DNA of 64,000 nucleotides, taken from assembly GCA_963705305.1 (NCBI GenBank), contig OY970067.1, positions 3,328,001 through 3,392,000 of the forward strand, written 5' to 3'. The stretch comes from an uncultured Methylomirabilota bacterium. GTDB lineage: Bacteria; Methylomirabilota; Methylomirabilia; Methylomirabilales; 2-02-FULL-66-22. A program made the position numbers and the translations under genes. Within the stretch, counting starts at the first letter, position 1. Each line of letters begins with the position of its first letter. Below the pieces are notes generated by a model. That model was not told where the DNA came from, searched no databases, and saw only the letters and a list, made by a program, of their open reading frames with translations. This document shows, piece after piece, positions 19,810 to 29,010 of this stretch.

Positions 19810-20727
19810 GTGGTGCGACACATCCTAGTCCCCCTCGACGGATCGACCCTGGCCGAGTCCGTGCTTCCGGCGGCGGCGGCGCTGGCGGAGGCCTTCGCGG
19901 CGGACGTGACCCTGTTCCACGCGATGGAGGCGCGGCCTCCGGAAACGGTCCACGGCCAGCCGCACCTCACGGACCCCGAGCAGGCAGAGGCCTACCTGGA
20001 GCGCGTGGGGGGCAGCCCGATCTTCCGCGACCGGCACGTGAAGGTCCACGTGCACCGGCCGCAGACGGGAGACGTGGCCGATTCCCTGATGGCCCACGCG
20101 CGCGAGCTGGAGGCCGACCTGGTGGTCCTGGCCACCCACGGGCGGGGCGGCCTGCGCGATCTGCTCTTCGGCAGCATCGCGCAGCAGGCTCTCCAGCGCG
20201 GGACGACTCCCATCCTGCTGGTGAATCCGACGCCGGAAGGGGAGGCGCCGTCCTTCGATCCCCACACCATCCTGGTGCCGCTGGACGGGACCGCCGCGCA
20301 CGAGCCGGCCCTGCCGGTGGCCGCCAGGCTGGCCCGGGCCTGGGGTGCCACCCTGGTGCTGGTGCATGCAGTGCCCACGACACAGACGCTCTCGGGACAT
20401 CAGGGGGCCGCCGGCACCCTGCTCCCCCTGGCTGCCCGCGCCATGCTGGAGCTCTCGGAAAAAGGGGCGGCGGAGTACATGCAGAAGGTGGCGGGAGGGC
20501 TGGAGCGGGAGGGTGTCACTGTGCGATGGTCGGTGGGACGCGGGGAGGCTGTGAGCGTCCTGCTGGAGACGGCCGACCGGGTGCGGGCAGACCTGGTCGT
20601 GCTGGCCACCCATGCGCTGGGGACGTTGGAGAGCTTCTGGGCCAAGAGCCTGACCCCCAGGCTCATGCAGGGTCTTGCCCGCCCCGTCCTGCTGGTGCGG
20701 GCGGAGGGGGAGGAGCCCAGCCGCTGA
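19810..20727 (+). CDS. Tandem-domain universal stress protein
   Basis: Two ILVPLDG...DLVVLATH domains; GSIA motif. Confidence 0.9.
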   Translation: MVRHILVPLDGSTLAESVLPAAAALAEAFAADVTLFHAMEARPPETVHGQPHLTDPEQAEAYLERVGGSPIFRDRHVKVHVHRPQTGDVADSLMAHARELEADLVVLATHGRGGLRDLLFGSIAQQALQRGTTPILLVNPTPEGEAPSFDPHTILVPLDGTAAHEPALPVAARLARAWGATLVLVHAVPTTQTLSGHQGAAGTLLPLAARAMLELSEKGAAEYMQKVAGGLEREGVTVRWSVGRGEAVSVLLETADRVRADLVVLATHALGTLESFWAKSLTPRLMQGLARPVLLVRAEGEEPSR

Positions 20728-20735
20728 GGCACCTG

Positions 20736-21770
20736 TCAGAGAAGGGGAAGGGCGCGGGCCAGCACGGCGATGGCCCGCCGGTAGTCGGCCAGGTCCAGAT
20801 GCTCGTCGGGAGTGTGGTCCAGGCGGGAGTCGCCCGGCCCGTAGGCGAGAATGGGGCAGCTCCAGGCGGGTCCGACGACATTCATGTCCGAGGTCCCGCT
20901 CTTGACCTTGAACTTCGGGTCCCCGCCCTCCGCCCGGACGGCCTGCAAGAGCGCGCGAACCAGCGGCGTGTTCTTCTCCGCCCGGAACGGCCCATCCGCT
21001 CCCCAGAAGCGGAGGCTGCCCGGCCCGGGATGCATCCCTTCCACGGCGCGCTGCACGTCCGCCGGCGTCAATCCCAGCGGAATCCGGATGGATACCTTGA
21101 GATAGATGGATTCCTGCAGGCCGTCATTCAGGCTGCGGATCTCGCGGAGGGCCGGATCCAGCCGGTCGAACATCCGCCTGCCGGCGTTATAGCCCTCGGC
21201 CCACCGCTGGATGCGCGTCCAGAGCGCCACGCCCTGCTCCAGGATTCCGGGTTGCTCGGCGGCGGAATGGGCGGCCGCCGCCGCGGCATCGTACGCCAGC
21301 ACGATCCGGCCCTTGTACCCCAGCGTCAGGGCATCGGCCCCGCCGGGCTCGCCGATCACACAGAAGCGGGGCGACATGGTCCGGGCCAGGTGCCGCGCGC
21401 CCCGCGAGCTGGCGGCTTCCTCCTCCGTGGCGCCCGCCACCACGATCCGCTTTCCCGGCAGCGGCCCCGCCTGCGCCGCGGCCAGGATGAACGCCGCCAG
21501 CGGGCCCTTGGCATCCACGCTCCCCCGCCCGTACAGCTTCCCGTCCTGGATGCGCACCGGCACGACGCCGGGCACGGTGTCCATGTGTCCGAGCAGCACG
21601 ATGTCCGCGGGGCCGTCTCCCAGGACCCCCACGGCATTTCCCGCCGCATCCACCGAGACGGTGAAGCCCAGCGCGGACATGGTCTCGACCAGGAAGGCGG
21701 CCAGCGCCGACTCCTCGCCCGAGGGGGAGGGGATCTCGATCATGCGCCGGAGCAGGGCGACGGGGTCCAT
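20736..21770 (-). CDS. lysK: [LysW]-lysine/ornithine hydrolase (M20)
   Basis: LGHMDTVPG, GRGSVDAKG, GEP, GTSDMN, YGPGDSRLDHTPDE. Confidence 0.92.
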   Translation of the reverse strand: MDPVALLRRMIEIPSPSGEESALAAFLVETMSALGFTVSVDAAGNAVGVLGDGPADIVLLGHMDTVPGVVPVRIQDGKLYGRGSVDAKGPLAAFILAAAQAGPLPGKRIVVAGATEEEAASSRGARHLARTMSPRFCVIGEPGGADALTLGYKGRIVLAYDAAAAAAHSAAEQPGILEQGVALWTRIQRWAEGYNAGRRMFDRLDPALREIRSLNDGLQESIYLKVSIRIPLGLTPADVQRAVEGMHPGPGSLRFWGADGPFRAEKNTPLVRALLQAVRAEGGDPKFKVKSGTSDMNVVGPAWSCPILAYGPGDSRLDHTPDEHLDLADYRRAIAVLARALPLL

Positions 21771-21855
21771 GGCTAGGCCGGGCGAGGGGGAGCAGGGGCG
21801 AGGGGGTGCGCCATGCACCTTGCGCTATGCACGCTAGCAGGGGCGCAGGGGCGGT

Positions 21856-23035
21856 TCATTCTCCGGCGGCCTTCGGGGTGGAGCTGAGGACGCGGGCGAG
21901 GGCGGAGATCACGACGTCGATCTCCTCGCGGGTGATGACCAGCGGCGGAAGGAAGCGCAGGACCGTCGCGCCGGCCAGGAGGGCCAGGACCCCCTCCTGC
22001 ATCAGGGCATGGGCGAAGGGGCCGGCCTTTTCCTTCAGCTCGATTCCGATCATGAGGCCGAGCCCGCGGATCTCCCGGATGCGGGGATTCGGAGATCTCT
22101 CGCAGGCGCCGGAAGAAGTATTCCCCCTTGTCGGCGGCCTGCCTCGGCAAGTCCTCATCCACCAGCACGTCCAGGGTGGCCGCGGCGGCGGCGCAGGCAA
22201 GGGGATTGCCCCCGAATGTGGAGGTGTGGGATTGCCGCTCGATCAGGCCGACCCGGGGGCTGATGCCGACGGCCCCCATGGGGATGCCGCCCGCGATCCC
22301 TTTGGCCATGGTGAGGATGTCGGGCAGGAGGTCGAAGTGCTCGCACGCGAACATCCGGCCCGTCCGCCCGAAGCCGGTCTGGATCTCGTCCACGATGAGG
22401 AGGGCGCCCCGGGCGTCGCAGGCCGCGCGGACGCCCCGCAAGAAGGAGGGGTCGGCGGGCCGCACGCCGCCCTCGCCCTGCACGGGCTCCAGGATCACCG
22501 CGGCCGTGTCGTCGCCGATCGCCTTCTCGAACTCCTCCAGGTTGTTGTAGGGGGCGTGGGCGAAGTCCGGCACCAGCGGGGCGAAGGGGTCGCGATACTT
22601 CCGCTCCCAGGTGGCGCTGAGAGACCCGAGGGTCTTGCCGTGGAACCCGCGCATGGCGGCCACGATGCGTTTTCGCCCGGTCGCCATGCGGGCGAACTTG
22701 AGGGCCCCCTCGACCGCCTCGGTGCCGGAGTTGCACAGGAAGAACCGGTTGATCCCCTCCGGCGTGATCCGGCCGAGGCGCTCCAGGCAGCGGGCTCGGG
22801 CGTCGTTGTAGAAAAGCTCGTTGCAGGTGATCAGGCGAGGCGCCTGGCCCTGGATGGCCCGGACGACGGCGGGGTGACAGTGACCGACGTTGGCCACCCC
22901 GACTCCCGCGACGCAGTCGATGTACTCGCGGCCGGCCTGGTCCCAGACCCGGGATCCCTGCCCGCGGACCAGGACGAGGCCGCGCTTCTGGTAGACGCCG
23001 ACGGAGAACTGATCCTCGATGGCCGGAATTTGCAT
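21856..23035 (-). CDS. lysJ: [LysW]-aminoadipate semialdehyde transaminase (class III); frameshift near 22090
   Basis: [43 protein letters not shown]-terminus IRGLGLMIG...RFLPPL in a second frame. Confidence 0.9.
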
Positions 23036-23079
23036 GGCTTCGGTCCGGGCGGTCCGACGGGCTCCCGCAGGCCGCCGCT

Positions 23080-23883
23080 TTACTGGATGACAGTCCCCCG
23101 GCCGTCCAGCGCGGCGCTCACGGGGCGCTCGGCGTTGGCGGCGGCCAGGACGACCCGCGGCACACCGGCCTCGAGGGCCACGGCCGCGGCCATGAGTTTT
23201 CGCTTCATGCGGCCGCGGGCCAGGGGCATGTATTCGTCGATCGCCCTGGCCGGAATCCGGGCCACCAGGGAGGCGGGATCGCCGAGATCGCGGAGGAGGC
23301 CGGGCACGTTGGAGAGCATGACGAAGTCGCCCGCCTTCATCGCGGCCGCAAGCTGGGCCGCGGCGGTATCCCCGTCCACGTTGACCGCCTCGCCGTCGAA
23401 GCTCGCGCCCGGGGGACACAGCACCGGCAGGTACCCGTGGTCCAGGAGCAGCGCGAGGAGCGCCGTGTTGACCCGCTCCACCCGTCCCGTGAAGTCGCCC
23501 CGCAGCACCTTCCGCTTGCCGCCCTCCAGGATCGTGATGGCGTCCTTCCGCTTGCCCTCGAAGATGCGGCCGTCCAGACCCGACAGGCCCACGGCGTTCA
23601 CCCCGCGCCGCTGGAAGGCCTCCACGATGGCTTTGTTGGCCTTGCCGCAATAGGCCATCTCGAAGATCTCCAGGGTCTCGCGGTCGGTGTATCGGCTTTC
23701 CAGGCCCGAGGCCGACGTGACGAAGCGCGGGGGCTTTCCCAGCCGCTCGGAGAGCGCGTTGGTCTCGCCCGAGGCGCCGTGGACCAGAATGACCTTCCGG
23801 CCGGCGCGCAGGATATCGGCGAGGTCCGCGACAGTCGGGTCAATCTGCGTTCCGGATCCGCCACCGATTTTCACGACCAGCAT
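23080..23883 (-). CDS. lysZ: [LysW]-aminoadipate/glutamate kinase
   Basis: VVKIGG, LVHG, SRYTDRETL, NVDGD, GRMKRK. Confidence 0.93.
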   Translation of the reverse strand: MLVVKIGGGSGTQIDPTVADLADILRAGRKVILVHGASGETNALSERLGKPPRFVTSASGLESRYTDRETLEIFEMAYCGKANKAIVEAFQRRGVNAVGLSGLDGRIFEGKRKDAITILEGGKRKVLRGDFTGRVERVNTALLALLLDHGYLPVLCPPGASFDGEAVNVDGDTAAAQLAAAMKAGDFVMLSNVPGLLRDLGDPASLVARIPARAIDEYMPLARGRMKRKLMAAAVALEAGVPRVVLAAANAERPVSAALDGRGTVIQ

Positions 23884-23919
23884 TGGCAGCTCGCTGGGAA
23901 GGAGTACGGGCCTAGAACA

Positions 23920-24177
23920 TCAACGAGACGCGCCAGACTTCAGGAGCTTCGGATCGTTTTGGATGATTACGGTAGGATTGGGATTTCGTGGGGGAACTGG
24001 CAGGATCTCTTGCTTCAGGACGGCGAGGTGATCCTCCGTGGCCCACTTGGCCTGATACAAGCAATCTTCCACGGAGTGGCCGATCCCGGTGAACCCCTCC
24101 AGTTCGGAAGAGGAGAAGCCGAAGAAATTGGGGTCCTCGGTTGCCTCGATCACAAGCGAATACTTGAGGTCGATCAT
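23920..24177 (-). CDS. HicB-family antitoxin-like protein
   Basis: YSLVIE...SSELEGFTGIGHSVEDCL...EDHL, a HicB RNase H-like fold pattern. Confidence 0.75.
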   Translation of the reverse strand: MIDLKYSLVIEATEDPNFFGFSSSELEGFTGIGHSVEDCLYQAKWATEDHLAVLKQEILPVPPRNPNPTVIIQNDPKLLKSGASR

Positions 24178-24240
24178 CAGTCTCTCCCGCCCTCAGGATG
24201 GCCCAACACGCCGCAATCGGGAGATTCTTTTCGCCGCGTC

Positions 24241-24549
24241 CTACTTGACTTGCACTCTTCGGGCATCGAGCCATTTCTTGAGGGATTGAGGACTCTCTCC
24301 CGAGCGGCGGCCCGCCAGAAGCCCGGCGACGGTCAGGTCTTCGTCCAAATCCGGCCAGTGGATGAAGGCGCCATCTCCGAAGAGCTCGAAGTGGTTCCGT
24401 TCCGCCTGTGTCGCGTGCCACAGCCGTGGATACCAGGCGATCGGCACGACAATGGTGCGTCCATCCACGAGATCAACCGTGAGCGCTTCATCGCTGACGA
24501 TAAGCTCGAGCGCCCGAGCCTCTTGCAGCTCACCGACCGAAAAATTCAT
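24241..24549 (-). CDS. DUF2442 protein (putative antitoxin)
   Basis: LVDGRTIVVPIAWYPRL...IHWPDLDEDL. Confidence 0.88.
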   Translation of the reverse strand: MNFSVGELQEARALELIVSDEALTVDLVDGRTIVVPIAWYPRLWHATQAERNHFELFGDGAFIHWPDLDEDLTVAGLLAGRRSGESPQSLKKWLDARRVQVK

Positions 24550-24766
24550 GCCACATCTCCAGCAATCTCTCTTGATGCTCCTGGATCAAGTCGGCGATGG
24601 TGTTGAGTTCGGACCTATTGTAGCCCCCAGCCTGTTGCAAGGCAACAGGATCCAACCAGAACTTTGCCACCCGGTTCTCCCGCCTGACATGGATATGCGG
24701 CGGCTCGTCGCGATCGAGAGAGGCGAAGAACAGACGATACGGTCCAATCCTCAGCGCTGTAGGCAT
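24530..24766 (-). CDS. DUF4160 protein (HicA-like putative toxin)
   Basis: MPT...GPYRLFF...EPPHIHV...AKFWLDPV...WHEFF; overlaps the DUF2442 gene. Confidence 0.88.
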   Translation of the reverse strand: MPTALRIGPYRLFFASLDRDEPPHIHVRRENRVAKFWLDPVALQQAGGYNRSELNTIADLIQEHQERLLEMWHEFFGR

Positions 24767-24871
24767 GCCTGAGTATCGCCCGAATCGAGTTGTCCCGGAT
24801 TACGAAAATCATCAAGATGCACGGAGGGACACCTCGATGTGCGCGGCGAGGGTTGGGTCGTGGCCCCTGCA

Positions 24872-25912
24872 CTAAACCGGATGCAATCCCGGAAATTCTA
24901 GCCCCTGGGTCTCGGGCAGGCCGCAGGCCAGGTTCATGGCCTGGACGGCGTTGCCGGCCGCCCCCTTGACCAGATTGTCCAGGGCCGCCATGACGACCAG
25001 GCGCGAGCCGCGCGCGTCCTTCTCGAAGCCAACGTCGCAGAAATTGGTCCCCGCCAGGAGCTTCGGCTCCGGGTAGCGGTAGATGCCCTGGCGGTCCTTG
25101 ACAATCCGCAGGAAGGGCTCGTTCCCATACTCGGCCCGGTACACCTTCCATACGTCTTTCTCCTCCACCCCGTCCTTGAGGAACACATGGCAGGTGGCCA
25201 GGACTCCCCGCACCGCCTCGATGGCCGTGGCGCTGAAATGCACGAGAGGGGCCCGGCCGAAGGCCAGCTCCTGGGCGATCTCGGCCGTGTGGCGGTGGCC
25301 GGTGGGCTGGAACGAGCGCACGGCGCCGCTACGCTCGGGATGGTGGGTGGACAGGTGCGGCGTGTCGCCGGCTGCGGACGAACCGACCTTGGCCTCGATG
25401 AAGACCTCGGATCTGGCCAGGAGATCATGCTTGAAGACCGGCATCAGCCCCAGGATGGACGCCGTGGCCAGGCAGCCCGCGCCGGTGATGAGCCGGGCCT
25501 GGGCGATGGCCGCGCGGTGCAGCTCCGGGATGCCGTACACGAACCGGTCGAGGTATTGCGGCGCCTCGTGGGGATGGCCGTACCAGGCGGGGTACGCCTC
25601 CGGATCGCGCAGCCGGAAATCGGCGCTGAGGTCGATCAGGGTTCGCGCCAGCCCATCCAGCTGGCCGATCCGGCGCATGGCCGCGCCGTGCGGGAGGCAG
25701 AGGAACAGGATGTCGCAGGGCTTCAGCTCGCCGATGGTCGTGAACTTGAGCTGGGTCTGTTTCCGGAGGTTCGGATGCAGGGTGTGGGCGTATTGACCGG
25801 CGCTCGACTCGGAGGTGATCTGGCCGATCTGAACCCCCGGGTGGCGGAGCAAGATGCGCAGGACCTCGCCGCCGGTGTAGCCGGAGGCGCCGACGATGCC
25901 GACGGTGATCAT
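24872..25912 (-). CDS. lysY: [LysW]-aminoadipyl-phosphate reductase (ArgC-like)
   Basis: GASGYTGGE, LCLPHG, DLSADFRL, HHPERSG, LDNLVKGAAG; lysW operon context. Confidence 0.92.
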   Translation of the reverse strand: MITVGIVGASGYTGGEVLRILLRHPGVQIGQITSESSAGQYAHTLHPNLRKQTQLKFTTIGELKPCDILFLCLPHGAAMRRIGQLDGLARTLIDLSADFRLRDPEAYPAWYGHPHEAPQYLDRFVYGIPELHRAAIAQARLITGAGCLATASILGLMPVFKHDLLARSEVFIEAKVGSSAAGDTPHLSTHHPERSGAVRSFQPTGHRHTAEIAQELAFGRAPLVHFSATAIEAVRGVLATCHVFLKDGVEEKDVWKVYRAEYGNEPFLRIVKDRQGIYRYPEPKLLAGTNFCDVGFEKDARGSRLVVMAALDNLVKGAAGNAVQAMNLACGLPETQGLEFPGLHPV

Positions 25913-25948
25913 CCGAGAGGGCTCCGGTGAATCCACGGGGGTTCATTC

Positions 25949-26082
25949 GCCGCGGCTTGCCGCGAGTCCGTCATACCGGCGAAAGCCGGTATCCAGAATG
26001 CCCGACTGGATTCCGTGTCAAGCACGGAATGACGGGCCAAAACAAGAGACGACACCCTGCGGCTTGCCGCGGGGTTGCTCAT
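25949..26082. repeat. Nested REP-type palindromes
   Basis: CGTCATACCGGCGAAAGCCGGTATCCAG...CTGGATTCCGTGTCAAGCACGGAATGACG (25969-26034) flanked by two GCGGCTTGCCGCG palindromes. Confidence 0.7.
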
Positions 26083-26124
26083 CGCAATACCGACATAATG
26101 ATGCGTGCGGCCATGGGGGCCGCG

Positions 26125-26964
26125 TCATCCCCGCGCCACCTCCAGCACGTAGTTCACGACCTTGGCCGGGATGTTCACGCCGGTCGTGTCGATGCTGTTC
26201 CGGAACTCCATGGTGTAGTTGACCTCGTTCACCGTGAGGCCGTCGGGGGTCTCGAATACGTCGATGGCCACGATGCCGCCGCCCACCGCTTTGGCGGCCC
26301 GGACGGAGACATTGTGGAGCTCCGGCGTCACCGGACAGTTGCTGGCGACGCCGCCCCGCGCCGTGTTGGTGATCCAGTGGGGCGAGGTGCGATAGATGGC
26401 GCAGATGGTCTCGTCGCCCACCACGAACGAGCGGATATCCCGGCCGCGCTTCTCGACGTACTCCTGGATGTAGAAGGTGGAGTGGTGGTAGGAGCCGAGG
26501 GTCTCCTTGTGCTCCAGGATGGCCTCGGCCGCCTCCCGGTCGTTGACCTTGGAGAGCAGCCGCCCCCAGGAGCCGACGGCGGGCTTCAGGACCACCGGAT
26601 AGCCGAGCTGCTCGATGGCCTGGAGCGCCGCCTCCGACGTGTACGCCACCAGCACCCGCGGCGTCGGCACGCCGTGCTTGATGAGCGCCAGGGTGGTCAG
26701 CAGCTTGTCGCCGCACGTGCTGGCGACCTCGTAGCTGTTGACGGTCCGCACCCCGCAATCGTTCAGGTACTTCACGGTGTGCAGCGCCCGCGAGTGGTTG
26801 ATGCAGCGCTCCAGGATGACGTCGAAGTCCCAGCGCCGGTGGTGGAGGTCCAGGATCAGCTCCCAGTCGTCGATCCGAATATACTCGACCCCCTGGCGCC
26901 GGAACTCGTCGAAGAGCAGTTTCTCTTCCTTGCGAACCAGCGAGCAGAGCACGCCGATCTTCAT
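26125..26964 (-). CDS. lysX: Alpha-aminoadipate--LysW ligase (ATP-grasp)
   Basis: [40 protein letters not shown]. Confidence 0.95.
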   Translation of the reverse strand: MKIGVLCSLVRKEEKLLFDEFRRQGVEYIRIDDWELILDLHHRRWDFDVILERCINHSRALHTVKYLNDCGVRTVNSYEVASTCGDKLLTTLALIKHGVPTPRVLVAYTSEAALQAIEQLGYPVVLKPAVGSWGRLLSKVNDREAAEAILEHKETLGSYHHSTFYIQEYVEKRGRDIRSFVVGDETICAIYRTSPHWITNTARGGVASNCPVTPELHNVSVRAAKAVGGGIVAIDVFETPDGLTVNEVNYTMEFRNSIDTTGVNIPAKVVNYVLEVARG

Positions 26965-27125
26965 TCGCCCCAATCCTCTTCTTCCTCGGGAGCCGGCGCC
27001 ACCTCGGGCGGATCCACGCTGACGACCTCCAGATCCATCCCGCAGTCCGGGCACTGGATGATCTCGCCGACCTCGGTGGACGACTCGAAGGGAACCTCGG
27101 CCTCGCATTCGGTGCAGATCGCCAT
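26961..27125 (-). CDS. lysW: LysW amino-group carrier protein
   Basis: CTEC...CPDC zinc ribbon and C-terminal EEDWGE; GAGGAGG RBS. Confidence 0.97.
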   Translation of the reverse strand: MAICTECEAEVPFESSTEVGEIIQCPDCGMDLEVVSVDPPEVAPAPEEEEDWGE

Positions 27126-27162
27126 GGACAGACCCTCCTCGAAAAAAGATGAAAACGTCGGG

Positions 27163-27191
27163 AGAATACCACGACCTCCGGATGCCTTCAA
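27163..27191 (-). promoter_or_regulatory. Sigma-70 promoter of the lysW operon
   Basis: TTGAAG-17-TATTCT with extended TG on the minus strand. Confidence 0.55.
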
Positions 27192-27235
27192 GTGGAACGC
27201 GTCGGGTCATGACCGGCGGTGCGGCAGGCCCCGCA

Positions 27236-27264
27236 CTGAAGCGGCCGAGGCCATGTGCTACTCT
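27236..27264 (+). promoter_or_regulatory. Divergent sigma-70-like promoter for the candidate ncRNA
   Basis: CTGAAG-17-TACTCT with extended TG. Confidence 0.45.
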
Positions 27265-27269
27265 GGTGC

Positions 27270-27622
27270 GGCCGGCCCGACTTGGGCCGGACGATCCGGG
27301 GAATTGGCCTGAAAGGGCAGGGCTTTTTCTTGGAGCCGTTTGCGACAAGCAGCATCCCCCGGGGGCGAACCCCTGGTGGGGTGGACCACCGGATCCATCG
27401 CCGTTAACGCCACTGAAAGTGATCGACTCACGTTGAGGTGGCGGGGGACTGGACCGTCACTTGAGCAAACGTCCCGTCCCCGCGGGAGGCCCCTGGGCCC
27501 TCTGCTCCGGTGGGCGAAGGCCGGCGGGGGAAAGCCCACTGTCCTTGTCCACTATGATGAACCATGCCGAACCGATGGCGACGGCCTCCGCCAAGGGGGG
27601 GCAGGCGGCAACCCCCCTTGAC
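27270..27622 (+). ncRNA. Candidate large structured ncRNA, class unassigned
   Basis: No credible ORF; about 10 nested stems, purine-rich loops on the + strand, long-range pairings 27293-27299/27389-27395 and 27396-27405/27576-27585. Confidence 0.55.
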
Positions 27623-27685
27623 GCCGGTTCACTGTGTGACTAAATTAACTATTTCAAGGTGCGGCGAGTCCGGGGGCGCGAGGAA

Positions 27686-27797
27686 GCCGAGGCGGAGGAG
27701 GAGACGGTCCTGGGTGTGGTAGGGGGTGGTGCTGGCCGGGCTCCTGCTGGTCGGGGCCTACATCCTCTTCAACGTTCTGGATGTCGACGGCTCAGAC
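27686..27797 (+). pseudogene. Degenerate copy of the small membrane-peptide gene at 28849
   Basis: High identity to 28851-28963; ATG replaced by AAG, TGG changed to TAG at 27720, 1-bp deletion. Confidence 0.7.
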
Positions 27798-27962
27798 GTG
27801 CAGGCGGCTCTCCCACACGTGTCTTGAGGCTAACCAAATGAATTCAAGGCTCTTCTGTCAGACCGGCGACACGAGCGTCGATCAGAGTTCTTCCCCGGAT
27901 CCAGCGGATCGCGGTGCCCAATTCCCCCCGCCGGTCTCCGGGTCGGGCGCGGGAGGCGTCTC

Positions 27963-28670
27963 ATGAGTCCCCAGACGAAGCCGACGGGCCGAACCCCGCA
28001 GCGCGCCCGGGGCCGGGGGCCGACGCCGACCCCCGGGCCGTTCGATCCGGCGGCCTTCCTGGCCAGGGTCGGGGAGGGCCGCACGAGCCTCGAGTACCGC
28101 AAGAACGAGGTCGTCTTTGCGCAAGGGGATGCGGCGGATGCCGTGTTCTTCCTCCAGAAGGGGAAAATCAAGCTGACGGTCGTCTCCCGGCACGGCAAGG
28201 AGGCGGTCGTGGCCCTGCTGGACGAAGGCGCCTTCTTCGGGGAGGGCTGCCTGGTCGTGCAGCCGCTGCGGATGGCGACCGCCACCACGCTGACGCCCTG
28301 CGCCATCCTGCGGATCGAGAAGGCGGCCATGGTGCAGGTGCTCCACACCGAGCCCGCCTTCGCCGCCCGGTTCATCACCCACCTGCTCGCCCGCAACGTC
28401 CGCATTGAAGAGGATCTGGTGGACCAGCTGTTCAATTCGGCGGAGAAGCGGCTGGCGCGGGCGCTGCTCCTGCTGGCCAATTTCGGCAAGGAGGGGCGGC
28501 CGGAGACGATCCTGCCGCAGGTCAGCCAGGAGACTCTCGCGGACATGATCGGCACCACCCGCGCACGGGTCAGCGCCTTCATGAACAAGTTCCGCAAGCT
28601 GGGGTTCATCGACTACAACGGCGGGCTGGAGGTCCACAGCGGGCTCCTGAACGTCATCCTGCACGACTGA
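27963..28670 (+). CDS. Crp/Fnr-family transcriptional regulator
   Basis: FFGEGCL, EKRLARALLLL, SQETLADMIGTTRARVS HTH. Confidence 0.95.
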   Translation: MSPQTKPTGRTPQRARGRGPTPTPGPFDPAAFLARVGEGRTSLEYRKNEVVFAQGDAADAVFFLQKGKIKLTVVSRHGKEAVVALLDEGAFFGEGCLVVQPLRMATATTLTPCAILRIEKAAMVQVLHTEPAFAARFITHLLARNVRIEEDLVDQLFNSAEKRLARALLLLANFGKEGRPETILPQVSQETLADMIGTTRARVSAFMNKFRKLGFIDYNGGLEVHSGLLNVILHD

Positions 28671-28848
28671 CGGCCGCCACAGCCCGCCGCCGGGCGGTCC
28701 CTCCTCCGATTCTCCCCGAATGTGTGCAAAATTGAACAGACACCCCCCCGGCCTCCCGGCGTACCTATCTCCCACAACGGCTCTCGACCCACGGCGCCCC
28801 GGCGGGGGGCAGGAGGCGGGACCAAACCCGCACGCGAGGCGCGCGAGC

Positions 28849-29010
28849 ATGCCGAGCCGGACGAGGCGACGGTCCTGGGTGTGGTGGGGCGTGGTAGTGG
28901 CCGGGCTCCTGCTGGTCGGGGCCTACGTCCTCTTCAATGTTTTGGACGTTCGACGGCTCGGACCTGGCCAATCGCCTCCTGGGGAACCCCCTCGCCCAGC
29001 AGTGGTCTGA
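28849..29010 (+). CDS. Small single-TM hypothetical protein
   Basis: MPSRTRRRSWVWWGVVVAGLLLVGAYVLF; a duplicated copy lies upstream of crp. Confidence 0.5.
   Translation: MPSRTRRRSWVWWGVVVAGLLLVGAYVLFNVLDVRRLGPGQSPPGEPPRPAVV

Noticed and set aside
27266..27345. Group II intron (GTGCG start, GAGCCGTTTGCG resembling domain V)
   Set aside because: The domain V hairpin cannot be completed, the order is wrong, and there is no RT ORF
27434..27470. SAM-I-like segment GAGGTGGCGGGGGACTGGACCG
   Set aside because: Lacks the AUC, GAUGA kink-turn and GCAAC/GUGC core, and there is no suitable downstream gene
27126..27640. Lysine riboswitch or T-box upstream of lysW
   Set aside because: No matching motifs on the minus strand; a promoter lies only ~40 bp from lysW and the structure favours the + strand
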